The position numbers were made by a program, and so were the translations under genes. The notes under the pieces were generated by a model that was given only the letters and a program-made list of their open reading frames with translations, was not told the DNA's origin and did no database searches. 32,000 bases of DNA from Kineococcus radiotolerans SRS30216 = ATCC BAA-149 (GTDB taxonomy: Bacteria > Actinomycetota > Actinomycetes > Actinomycetales > Kineococcaceae), in assembly GCF_000017305.1 (NCBI RefSeq), contig NC_009664.2:1440001-1472000 (forward strand). The letters run 5' to 3'. Shown here piece after piece: positions 13,797-22,045 of the stretch (position 1 is its first letter; every line of letters starts with the position of its first letter).

Positions 13797-15476
13797 TCAG
13801 AGGAAGTACAACCGGTTCAGCGACGTGGACTCCGCGGGGGCCGAGCTCACGGGTTCCCCGTCGACGGTGACCAGGCCGGCGGGGTCGACGCGCACCGCGG
13901 CGAGGCGGGAGTTGCGCAGCATCGCCGCCGGCCCGATGCCCCGCGTCCCCCGGACCCCGACCCGGCGGCGCCGGGTCGTCATGGCGTCGTTGCCGTCGGC
14001 GGCCGCGGCCTGCGAGGTGAACGCGACCGACAGGTCCGCCGCCGTCGCGCCGTGGGCGCCGAACTGCGGGCCGAGCACCAGCGGCTGCCCGCGGTCGATC
14101 GCCGCGTTCGGGTCACCCGTGACGCCCCAGGCGGGGAAACCCGCCTTGAGGACGAGTTCGGGTTTCGCCCCGAAGAACTCCGGCGCCCACAGCACCACGT
14201 CGGCCAGCTTCCCCACCTCCAGGGTCCCGACCTCGTGGATCAGGCCGTGGGCGATGGCGGGGTTCGCGGTGAGCTTGGCGACGTAGCGCAGGGCGCGGTC
14301 GTTGTCGTGCCGCGGGTGCTCCGCCCCCCGTTCGGCCTTCATCTTGCCCGCCATGGCGAACGTGCGGCGGACGGTCTCCCCCGCCCGCCCCATGCCCTGC
14401 GCGTCGGAGGAGGTGATGGGGATGACGCCCAGGTCGTGCAGGACGTCCTCGGCCCCCATCGTCCCGGCCCGGATCCGGTCGCGGGCCAGCGCCGCGTCCC
14501 CGGGCAGGTCCTCCTTGAGCCCGTGCACCGACATGATCATGTGGTAGTGCTCGGCGACGGCGTCCCGCCCGAAGGGCAGGGTCGGGTTCGTGGAGGAACC
14601 GATGACGTTGGCCTCCCCGGCCAGGCGCAGGACGTTCGGGACGTGCCCGCCCCCGCAGCCCTCGATGTGGAAGGCGTGGATGGTGCGCCCCTCCAGCACG
14701 GCGAGGGTGTCCTCGACGGAGAGGGACTCGTTGATGCCGTCGGTGTGCAGGGCGACCTGGACGTCGTGCTCCTCGGCGACGCGCAGGGCGGTGTCGAGGG
14801 CGCGGGCGTGGGCGCCCATGTCCTCGTGGACCTTGAAACCGCAGGCGCCACCCTCGACGAGGGCCTCCACCGACGACCCGGGGTCGGAGGCCGAACCCCG
14901 GCCGAGGAAACCGATGTTCACCGGCCACGCGTCGAAGGCGTTGAAGGCGTGGCGCAGCGCCCACGGGGAGTTCACCCCGACCCCCCAGACGGGCCCGAAC
15001 TCCTGGCCGATGATCGTGGTGACGCCGGAGGCCAGCGAGGCCTCCATGACGCGCGGGGACAGCAGGTGGACGTGGGTGTCGATCGCGCCGGCCGTCGCGA
15101 TGAGGCCCTCCCCGGAGACGATGGTCGTCCCCGTCCCGACGACGACGTCGACGCCGTCGAGGGTGTCGGGGTTCCCGGCGCGGCCGATCCCGCTGATCCG
15201 GCCCTCGCGGATGCCGATGGACACCTTGCGGATCCCGAGCACCGCGTCGAGGACGACGACGTTGGAGACGACGACGTCGCACGTCTCGGACACCCGGGCG
15301 GCCTTGAGGTGCAGGCCGTCGCGGGCGGTCTTGGCGAACCCGGCGAGGAACTCCTCGCCGGGTTCCTGGGCGTCGTGCTCGACCTCCACGACGAGGCCGG
15401 TGTCGCCGAGGCGGATGCGGTCCCCCGCCCGGGGTCCGTAGGCGCGGGCGTAGTCGGTGCCGCCGAGACGGGCCAT
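13797..15476 (-). CDS. ureC: urease alpha subunit
   Basis: 559 aa. Ni-site motifs AIDTHVHLLSP, GFKVHEDMG (carbamylated Lys), ALHTDGINE, HAFHIEGCGGGH and TSSDAQGMGR. The ATG overlaps the upstream stop (TGATG). Confidence 0.9.
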   Translation of the reverse strand: MARLGGTDYARAYGPRAGDRIRLGDTGLVVEVEHDAQEPGEEFLAGFAKTARDGLHLKAARVSETCDVVVSNVVVLDAVLGIRKVSIGIREGRISGIGRAGNPDTLDGVDVVVGTGTTIVSGEGLIATAGAIDTHVHLLSPRVMEASLASGVTTIIGQEFGPVWGVGVNSPWALRHAFNAFDAWPVNIGFLGRGSASDPGSSVEALVEGGACGFKVHEDMGAHARALDTALRVAEEHDVQVALHTDGINESLSVEDTLAVLEGRTIHAFHIEGCGGGHVPNVLRLAGEANVIGSSTNPTLPFGRDAVAEHYHMIMSVHGLKEDLPGDAALARDRIRAGTMGAEDVLHDLGVIPITSSDAQGMGRAGETVRRTFAMAGKMKAERGAEHPRHDNDRALRYVAKLTANPAIAHGLIHEVGTLEVGKLADVVLWAPEFFGAKPELVLKAGFPAWGVTGDPNAAIDRGQPLVLGPQFGAHGATAADLSVAFTSQAAAADGNDAMTTRRRRVGVRGTRGIGPAAMLRNSRLAAVRVDPAGLVTVDGEPVSSAPAESTSLNRLYFL

Positions 15477-16168
15477 CAGTTCCCCTCCCGGGAGTCGAGG
15501 TACCCGCAGGCGCGGGCCCGTTCCAGCGCGGCCTCGCGCGCGCCGGGCGCGTCCAGCGGCCCGTCCACGAGCCCGGCGAAGCCGATGGCGACGCGCGCGC
15601 CGCCGATGGGGGTGAGGTCGACCTCGCGGGTCTGGCCGGGGTCGAAGCGGACCGTGTCGCCGGCGTCGACCGCGGCGCGGCGGCCGTAGGCGGCGGCGCG
15701 GTCGAAGCGCAGCCGCGGGTTGACCTCGAAGAAGTGGAAGTGGGAACTGACGCTGACCGGGACCGTCGCGGTGTTGGTGACGGCGAGGGTCACGACGTCG
15801 GCGAACTCCACGGGGGCCGCGGGCCCGGGCAGGACCGCCCCCGGGGCCTCCTCCCCCAGCGTCGCGCCGGCGAAGGGGTCGGGGACGACGACGAGGCGGG
15901 TCCCGTCGTCGAAGACGGCCTCGACGTCGACCTGGGTCACGACGTCGGGGACCCCCGGCAGCACGTCCTCGGCGCCGAGGACGGCGCGCCCGGCGGCCAT
16001 GGCCTCGGCCAGCCGGCCCCCGTCGCGGGCGACCTCGCAGACCGTGTCGGCGATGAGGGCGGTGGCCTCGGGGACGTTGAGCCGCAGACCGCGCGCGCGC
16101 CGGGCCCGGGCGAGCTCGGCGGCGGTGAAGATCAGCAGGCGGTCCCGCTCGGTCGGCGTCAGGCGCAT
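15476..16168 (-). CDS. fused urease gamma-beta subunit
   Basis: 230 aa. The N-terminus MRLTPTERDRLLIFTAAELARARRARGLRLNVPEA is UreA-like. The C-terminus VTNTATVPVSVSSHFHFFEVNPRLRFDR is UreB-like. The rest of the 422-aa track ORF upstream is non-coding read-through. Confidence 0.85.
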   Translation of the reverse strand: MRLTPTERDRLLIFTAAELARARRARGLRLNVPEATALIADTVCEVARDGGRLAEAMAAGRAVLGAEDVLPGVPDVVTQVDVEAVFDDGTRLVVVPDPFAGATLGEEAPGAVLPGPAAPVEFADVVTLAVTNTATVPVSVSSHFHFFEVNPRLRFDRAAAYGRRAAVDAGDTVRFDPGQTREVDLTPIGGARVAIGFAGLVDGPLDAPGAREAALERARACGYLDSREGN

Positions 16169-16178
16169 GGGCGCACGA

Positions 16179-16199
16179 TAACCGACACCGCTTCGGTTA
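16179..16199. promoter_or_regulatory. 7-bp inverted repeat TAACCGA-N7-TCGGTTA in the 67-bp urease/agmatine-deiminase divergent intergenic region
   Basis: taaccga at 16179-16185 and tcggtta at 16193-16199 are exact reverse complements. Confidence 0.3.
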
Positions 16200-16235
16200 C
16201 GGTGGTCCCGCGACGGCCGACCGACGGAGGAACCG

Positions 16236-17255
16236 ATGCCCACGCAGCGCATGCCCGCCGAGTGGGAACCCCACCAGCGCACCTGGATGGCGTTCCCCAC
16301 CCCCAACCCCACGTTCGGGGAGGCCGGCGGCCCCGACCTCACCCGGGCCCGCGCCGCGTGGAGCACCGTCGCGAACACCGTGGCCCGGTACGAACCCGTG
16401 ACCGTCCTCGTCTCCCCCGCCGACCGCACCGCGGCGCGGGAGGCCCTCGACCCGCGGATCGAGGTCGTGGAGGTGCCCCTCGACGACGCCTGGCTGCGCG
16501 ACTCCGGGCCGACGTTCGTGCGCGGCGCGCAGGGCCCGGTCGCCGTGGACTGGACGTTCAACGGCTGGGGAGCGCAGTCGTGGTCGCGCTGGGAGGACGA
16601 CGCGCGGGTGGCCCGCTTCGTCGCCGGGCGCACCGGCACCCCGGTCAGCTCCTCCCCCCTCACCCAGGAGGGCGGCGGTTTCCACGTCGACGGCGCCGGC
16701 ACCGTCCTGCTCACCGACACCGTGCAGCTGGACCCCGGCCGCAACCCCGGCTGGACCCGGGAGCAGGTCGAGGCGGAGGTCCACGCCCAGCTCGGGACGA
16801 CGACCGCGATCTGGCTGCCGCGCGGGCTGACCGCCGACTACGGCGAGTTCGGCACCCGCGGCCACGTCGACATCGTCGCCGCGTTCACCCCCTCCGGCGC
16901 CGTCCTCGTCCACACCCAGCCCGACCCCGGTCACCCCGACCACGCCGTGACGCAGGAGGTCACCGAGGTCCTGCGGGGCGCGCGCGACGCCCGCGGGGAA
17001 CGGCTGGAGGTCGTGGAGCTCCTCGCCCCGGAACGGCACGAGGTCGACGGGGAGCTCGTCGACCACTCCTACGTCAACCACTACGTCGCGAACTCCGTCG
17101 TCGTCCTCTGCGCCTTCGACGACCCCCGCGACGCGCGGGCGCGGGCGGTGCTGGCCGCGGCCTACCCGGACCGCGCCGTCGTGCCCGTGGACGCCCGCGA
17201 CGTCTTCGCCTTCGGCGGCGGCATCCACTGCATCACCCAGCAGCAACCCGCCTGA
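16236..17255 (+). CDS. aguA: agmatine deiminase (PAD_porph family)
   Basis: 339 aa. MPAEWEPH..TWMAFP, DDAWLRDSGPTF, EGGGFHVDG, GHVD and a C-terminal GGGIHCITQQQP (catalytic Cys). RBS ggagga. Confidence 0.9.
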   Translation: MPTQRMPAEWEPHQRTWMAFPTPNPTFGEAGGPDLTRARAAWSTVANTVARYEPVTVLVSPADRTAAREALDPRIEVVEVPLDDAWLRDSGPTFVRGAQGPVAVDWTFNGWGAQSWSRWEDDARVARFVAGRTGTPVSSSPLTQEGGGFHVDGAGTVLLTDTVQLDPGRNPGWTREQVEAEVHAQLGTTTAIWLPRGLTADYGEFGTRGHVDIVAAFTPSGAVLVHTQPDPGHPDHAVTQEVTEVLRGARDARGERLEVVELLAPERHEVDGELVDHSYVNHYVANSVVVLCAFDDPRDARARAVLAAAYPDRAVVPVDARDVFAFGGGIHCITQQQPA

Positions 17256-17271
17256 GACCCGAGGACGCCCC

Positions 17272-17886
17272 GTGGCCCGACCCACCACCCCCCTGCTGGC
17301 CCGCGAGCAGGTCCTGCGCGCCGCCCTGGCGCAGATCGACGCCACCGGTTCCCTCGCGCTGCCACGGCTGGCCCGGGACCTCGGGGTCGGCACCTCCTCG
17401 CTGTACCACCACTTCCGGGGCGGGCGCGAGGAGGTCGTCGAGGGCATCCGGGGGCTGCTCTCGACCGACGCGATGCCGACGCAGCGCCTGCCGGGCGAGG
17501 ACTGGCGGGCGTTCACCCGGCGGTGGGCCACCGACTACCGCACCGCCTACGCCGCCCACCCCGCCGCGGTCCCGCTGCTGACCGCCCAGACCGTCAGCCA
17601 CCCCGCGACCCTCGCCTCCTACGAGGTCCTCGCCGACGTCCTGCACGAGGCGGGGTTCGGCGACGAGGACCTCCTGCACGCCGTCACCGTCCTCGACTGC
17701 TTCGTGCTGGGGTCCGCGCTGGACGCCGGCGCCCCGGTGGAGGTGTGGGCCGACACCGGCGCCCCGGGCTCGACGCTCTCGCGCGCCATCGCCGCGACCC
17801 GCGCCCAGCCCGGCGACCGCTCGCGCCGGTCCTTCGAGCTGGGGCTGGAGGGCCTGCTGCGCGGCCTGGCGGACCTGCTGGGCTGA
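17272..17886 (+). CDS. TetR-family transcriptional regulator (paralogue of 12017-12733)
   Basis: HTH LPRLARDLGVGTSSLYHHF. It shares C-terminal motifs with the other TetR (DCFVLGSALDAGAP versus ESFVLGSALDTQAP; FELGLEGLLRGL versus FEVGLQALLTGL). Confidence 0.85.
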   Translation: MARPTTPLLAREQVLRAALAQIDATGSLALPRLARDLGVGTSSLYHHFRGGREEVVEGIRGLLSTDAMPTQRLPGEDWRAFTRRWATDYRTAYAAHPAAVPLLTAQTVSHPATLASYEVLADVLHEAGFGDEDLLHAVTVLDCFVLGSALDAGAPVEVWADTGAPGSTLSRAIAATRAQPGDRSRRSFELGLEGLLRGLADLLG

Positions 17887-17900
17887 GGCGCCGGGCCCGG

Positions 17901-18608
17901 TCAGGCGCGGGGGTCGCCCGGGGTCTCCCCCGTGACCACGACCCGGGTGGCGACCTCGCGCAACCGGACGTTGGTCTCCTGGGAGGACCGGCTGAGCAGC
18001 TGGAACGCCCGGTCCGCGGAGATCTTGTAGCGCTCCATGAGGATGCCCTGGGCCTGGCCGATGACCGTCCGGCCCTCCATGCCCACCCGCAGGCCCTCCA
18101 GCTGGCGCGCGGCGGACAGCGCGAGGGCGACCTGGCCGGCGAGCACCTCCGCCTGCTCCCGCGCGGCCGCGTCGAAGACCCCCGGGCGGGTCGCGTACAC
18201 GTTGATCGAGCCGAGCTGCTCGCGCTGGGTGTGCAGCCGGCACGAGAAGCTGGAGCGCAACCCCGTCCGCTCGGCCACCAGCGGCGCCCAGCGGGGGTAG
18301 CGCTCCACCCCGTCCCGGGCCACGTCCTCCACGAGCACGACCTCCTGCTCGCGGATCGCGTCCACGCAGGGCCCCTCGTCGCTGTCGTACTGCAGCTGGT
18401 CGGCGAGGGAGGCCCACTCGTGGGTGCTCGCCGGCGTCACGACCTGGTGGCGCCGGGAGAGCAGGGAGATGCTCACGCTGTGGGCGTCGGGGAGGTGGGA
18501 GGCGGTGAGGTCCACGCTGCGCTGCAGGGTGTCCCGCAGGTCCGGCTCGACCAGCAGGCCGCGGGCGACGGCGGCCAGGCGGGGAGCGGGGTGGGAGGGA
18601 GACGACAT
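17901..18608 (-). CDS. GAF-ANTAR domain RNA-binding regulator
   Basis: 235 aa from ATG 18608. The GAF-like N-half contains DSDEGPCVDA. The ANTAR C-terminus reads IGQAQGILMERYKISADRAFQLLSRSSQETNVRLREVA. Confidence 0.8.
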   Translation of the reverse strand: MSSPSHPAPRLAAVARGLLVEPDLRDTLQRSVDLTASHLPDAHSVSISLLSRRHQVVTPASTHEWASLADQLQYDSDEGPCVDAIREQEVVLVEDVARDGVERYPRWAPLVAERTGLRSSFSCRLHTQREQLGSINVYATRPGVFDAAAREQAEVLAGQVALALSAARQLEGLRVGMEGRTVIGQAQGILMERYKISADRAFQLLSRSSQETNVRLREVATRVVVTGETPGDPRA

Positions 18609-18761
18609 GGGGGTGGTACCTCGAGGACGAGCGGGGATCGCGCCCGGATGTTCGAGCGGGTGCAGCGTCTCACACCCGCCGCGGTGACCGCGCCCGCCGC
18701 GCCCCAGCGCCACCGCGGTCCCCGGCACCGCCGCGGCGCCCGCCCGGGCAGGATCGGTGCC

Positions 18762-19403
18762 GTGACCGCACAAGGCTTCCTGCTCCTGCTCGAACTCGTC
18801 GGGGTCTTCGCCTTCGCCCTCGACGGGGCGCTGACCGCGATGCGCGCCGCGCACCTGGACCTCTTCGGCGTCGTGACGCTGGGGATCGTCACGGCCGTCG
18901 GCGGGGGGATCCTGCGCGACGTGCTGCTCGGGGAACTGCCCCCGGCCACGTTCAGCACCTGGTACTACCTGGCGACGGCGACCGTCGGGGCGCTGACCGC
19001 GTTCTGGGGGCACCGGCTGGTGTCGCGGATGTCGCGGCCCATCCTCGTCTTCGACACCATCGGGCTCTCGCTGTTCGCGGTGAGCGGGGCCCAGCTCGCC
19101 GTGCACGCGGGAGTCGGTGCGGGGCAGGCGATCCTGCTCGGCGGCCTCACCGCCGTCGGGGGCGGGACGCTGCGCGACGTGCTCGTCCGCCGGGTGCCGA
19201 CCATCCTCACCGGCGGGCTGTACGCCGTCCCCGCCCTGGCCGGGGCGGCGGTGGCCGTCACCGGCCCGCTGCTCGGCCTCGAGGCCGGGGTGGCGGCGTT
19301 CGCCGGCGGTGCGGTGTGCGCGGGCCTGCGGGTGGGCGGGGTGCTGCGCGGCTGGCGGGCCCCGAGCGCCCCCCGCTCCGCCCGCGAGGGCCTCGACGGC
19401 TGA
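18762..19403 (+). CDS. UPF0126 (YadS/TRIC-like) membrane channel protein
   Basis: 213 aa. Two internal repeats each carry G-G-G-x-x-R-D (AVGGGILRDVL and AVGGGTLRDVL). The GTG start is inferred and upstream alternatives are possible. Confidence 0.8.
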   Translation: MTAQGFLLLLELVGVFAFALDGALTAMRAAHLDLFGVVTLGIVTAVGGGILRDVLLGELPPATFSTWYYLATATVGALTAFWGHRLVSRMSRPILVFDTIGLSLFAVSGAQLAVHAGVGAGQAILLGGLTAVGGGTLRDVLVRRVPTILTGGLYAVPALAGAAVAVTGPLLGLEAGVAAFAGGAVCAGLRVGGVLRGWRAPSAPRSAREGLDG

Positions 19404-19442
19404 GGGGCGGGCCCGGGGCCGGGCCGGGCGGGACCGGCGCGG

Positions 19443-21083
19443 CTAGGCCGCCGACCCCGTGGCCGCCTCCGGGTGCAGCAGCCCCTCCCCCACCGCCAGC
19501 GCGAGGGCCAGGGTCCGGTAGCCGACGCCGTCGAAGAGGACGGTCACCCGGTCCGCCTCGTAGTGCATGACCTGACCCGCGCCCCACCGCTCGTGCACGA
19601 CGGTGGAGCCCACCGGGAACGGCACCCGCCCCGCCGAGCGCTCCCCGGCGCTCCCGGCCCGGCAGGTGTCGCAGCTGCCGCAGGGTTCGGTCCGCTCCTC
19701 GCCGAAGTAACCCAGCAGGAACTGCCGGCGGCAGGCCGCGGTCTCGCAGTAGGCCCGCATCATCTCCAGCCGGGAACGTTCCACGCTGCGCTGCTGCTCC
19801 GACACCTCGACCGCCGCCCGCGCGGCCCGCGCCGCGGGCGGGGCGTCCTCGGGCACCACGAGGCGCCCGGTCCCGTCCTCGGCCAGCGCCCCGACCTCCT
19901 GCAGGAGGTTCACCGACCCGGCGAGGCGGGAGGCCGTCACCCCCAGGTCGCGGCGCAGCTCGCCGGCGTCGACGGCCCCGCCGTGGGCCCGCACCGCCGC
20001 CACGGTCTCCCGCAGCGGTTCGACCTTGGCGACCCCGGCGCTGAAGAACGTCCGCAGCCCGAGGTCCTCGGGGCGGTAGAACAGCGTGGCCACGGCCGTC
20101 CCGCCGTCGCGGGCGGCGCGCCCGATCTCCTGGTAGTAGCTGTCCGGGGAGTCCGGGACCGCGGCGTGGACGACGGCGCGGACGTCGGGCTTGTCGATGC
20201 CCATGCCGAAGGCGTTGGTGGCGACCACGACGTCGAGGGCCCCGTCGAGGAACGCGTGCTGGACGCGGTCGCGGTCGGCGCGGGCGCGACCGGCGTGGTA
20301 GTGGTCCGCCTCCCGGCCGGCCGCGCGGAGCTGCGCGGCGATCTCCTCCGCGTCGTGCCGCTTCGCCACGTAGACGAGCACCGCGCCCTCGACCTCCAGC
20401 ACGGCGTCGAGGACGCCGCGGCGCTGGGTCCCGGCGTCGGCGCAGCGCACCACCCGCAGGTCGATCTCGGGCCGGTCGAAACCCTCGACGAGGACGAGGG
20501 GGTCCTGCAGGTCCAGCTGCTCCACGACCTCGTGACGCACCTGCGGGCTGGCCGTCGCGGTGAGGGCCACCACCTGCGGGCGGCCCAGGCGTTCGCGCGC
20601 CGCCCCCAGCCGCAGGTAGAGGGGCCGGAAGTCGTGACCCCAGGAACTCACGCAGTGCGCCTCGTCGACGACCAGCATCCCCGGCCGCAGCCGGGCGAGC
20701 TCGTCCACGACCTCGTCGCGGGCGAGCTGCTCCGGGGCCAGGAACACGAACTTCACGGTGCCCGCGCGCAACTCCTCCCGGGCCTGCTGCCACTCCGCCG
20801 CCGGCAGGGCGGAGTTCAGCATCACCGCCCCGCCCCGGCGGGCGTCCTCGCGGATGCCGTCCACCTGGTCGCGCTGCAGCGCGATGAGCGGGGACACCAC
20901 GACGACCGGCTGCTCCTGCAGCACGGCGGGGACCTGGTAGACCGCCGACTTCCCCGAACCCGTCGGCATGACGGCCAGGACGTCGCGCCCGGCGCGGACG
21001 GCGTCCATGGCCTCCTCCTGTCCGGGCCGCAACTCCTCGAAACCGAACGCCGCCTGCGCGGTGGCGCGCACCTCGTCGCTCAC
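19443..21083 (-). CDS. recQ: RecQ-family ATP-dependent DNA helicase
   Basis: 546 aa. LRPGQEEA, MPTGSGKS, DEAHCVSSWGHDFRP, LTATA and the Zn module CRRQFLLGYFGE...CGSCDTC. The C-terminal ~60 aa is not HRDC-like (see findings). Confidence 0.9.
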   Translation of the reverse strand: MSDEVRATAQAAFGFEELRPGQEEAMDAVRAGRDVLAVMPTGSGKSAVYQVPAVLQEQPVVVVSPLIALQRDQVDGIREDARRGGAVMLNSALPAAEWQQAREELRAGTVKFVFLAPEQLARDEVVDELARLRPGMLVVDEAHCVSSWGHDFRPLYLRLGAARERLGRPQVVALTATASPQVRHEVVEQLDLQDPLVLVEGFDRPEIDLRVVRCADAGTQRRGVLDAVLEVEGAVLVYVAKRHDAEEIAAQLRAAGREADHYHAGRARADRDRVQHAFLDGALDVVVATNAFGMGIDKPDVRAVVHAAVPDSPDSYYQEIGRAARDGGTAVATLFYRPEDLGLRTFFSAGVAKVEPLRETVAAVRAHGGAVDAGELRRDLGVTASRLAGSVNLLQEVGALAEDGTGRLVVPEDAPPAARAARAAVEVSEQQRSVERSRLEMMRAYCETAACRRQFLLGYFGEERTEPCGSCDTCRAGSAGERSAGRVPFPVGSTVVHERWGAGQVMHYEADRVTVLFDGVGYRTLALALAVGEGLLHPEAATGSAA

Positions 21084-21099
21084 GGTGGCCCCGGCCCCC

Positions 21100-21993
21100 T
21101 CAGGGGGTCGGCATCCCGCCGTTGACGTCGAGGACCGCCCCCACGACGTAGCTGGACTCCGCGGAGGCCAGGAACACGTAGGCCGGGGCCATCTCCACGG
21201 GCTGCCCGGCGCGGCCCAGCGGCGTGGACTGCCCGAACTCCGGCATCGCGTCGTCGGGCTGACCGCCGGCGACCTGCAGCGGCGTCCACACCGGGCCCGG
21301 GGCCACGACGTTGACGCGGATGCCCTTGGGGGCCAACTGCTGCGCCAGCGCCTGCGACATGGCGATGATCCCGGCCTTGGTGGTGGCGTAGTCCACCAGG
21401 TTGGGCGAGGGCTGGTACCCCTGGATCGAGGCCGTGTTGACGATCGTCGAACCCGGCGGCAGGTGCGGGACGGCCTCCTGCACGATCCAGAACAACGAGT
21501 TCAGGTTCGTGCGCATCGTCTCCTCGAACTGCCCCGAGGTGAGGTCGGTGATCTCCTCGACGTGCTGCTGCTTGCCGGCGACGTTGGCGACGAGGTCGAT
21601 GCCGCCGAGTTCGCGCACCGTCGTCGCGACCAGGCTGCGGGCGAACGCCTCGTCGGTCAGGTCACCCGGGGCGAGCACCGCCTTGCGGCCGGCCTCCTCG
21701 ACGAGCCGCGCGACCTCCTCGGCGTCGGACTGCTCCGCGGGCAGGTAGTTCAGGACCACGTCGGCCCCCTCGCGGGCGTAGGCGATCGCGGCCGCCCGGC
21801 CGATGCCGGAGTCCGCGCCGGTCACCAGCGCCCGGCGGCCGGTCAGGCGGCCGGTGCCGCGGTACGTGGACTCGCCGTGGTCCGGCGCCGGGGACAGCTC
21901 CCCGGCCAGACCCGGCCCGTCCTGCGGCTGGGGTTCGAAACCCTCCTGGTGGTACCGGGTGACGGGGTTGCTGAAGGTGTACTGGTCGCTCAC
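21100..21993 (-). CDS. SDR-family oxidoreductase (YdaD/general stress protein 39-like)
   Basis: 297 aa. ALVTGADSGIGRA, NVAG and the S...YxxxK region (YATTKAG). It ends 16 nt upstream of recQ on the same strand. Confidence 0.9.
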   Translation of the reverse strand: MSDQYTFSNPVTRYHQEGFEPQPQDGPGLAGELSPAPDHGESTYRGTGRLTGRRALVTGADSGIGRAAAIAYAREGADVVLNYLPAEQSDAEEVARLVEEAGRKAVLAPGDLTDEAFARSLVATTVRELGGIDLVANVAGKQQHVEEITDLTSGQFEETMRTNLNSLFWIVQEAVPHLPPGSTIVNTASIQGYQPSPNLVDYATTKAGIIAMSQALAQQLAPKGIRVNVVAPGPVWTPLQVAGGQPDDAMPEFGQSTPLGRAGQPVEMAPAYVFLASAESSYVVGAVLDVNGGMPTP

Positions 21994-22045
21994 CCGTTCA
22001 CCGTAAGCAGGCTCCGGCGCGTCCGCGCGGCGATCCCGGGGGAGG

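Noticed and set aside
16171-16235. Mini-ykkC/guanidine-type riboswitch in the urease/aguA intergenic region
   Set aside because: I found no pair of hairpins with ACGR tetraloops. The region is too short and is better explained by a simple inverted-repeat operator.
18609-18761. Possible ANTAR target (dual hexaloop hairpins) or riboswitch in the leader of the UPF0126 gene, divergent from the GAF-ANTAR regulator
   Set aside because: Several GC-rich stems exist, for example gcgggtg/cacccgc at about 18656-18679. I could not find two tandem hairpins with the A-x-x-G hexaloops typical of ANTAR substrates, nor any known riboswitch core. A covariance-model scan (Rfam/Infernal) would be needed.
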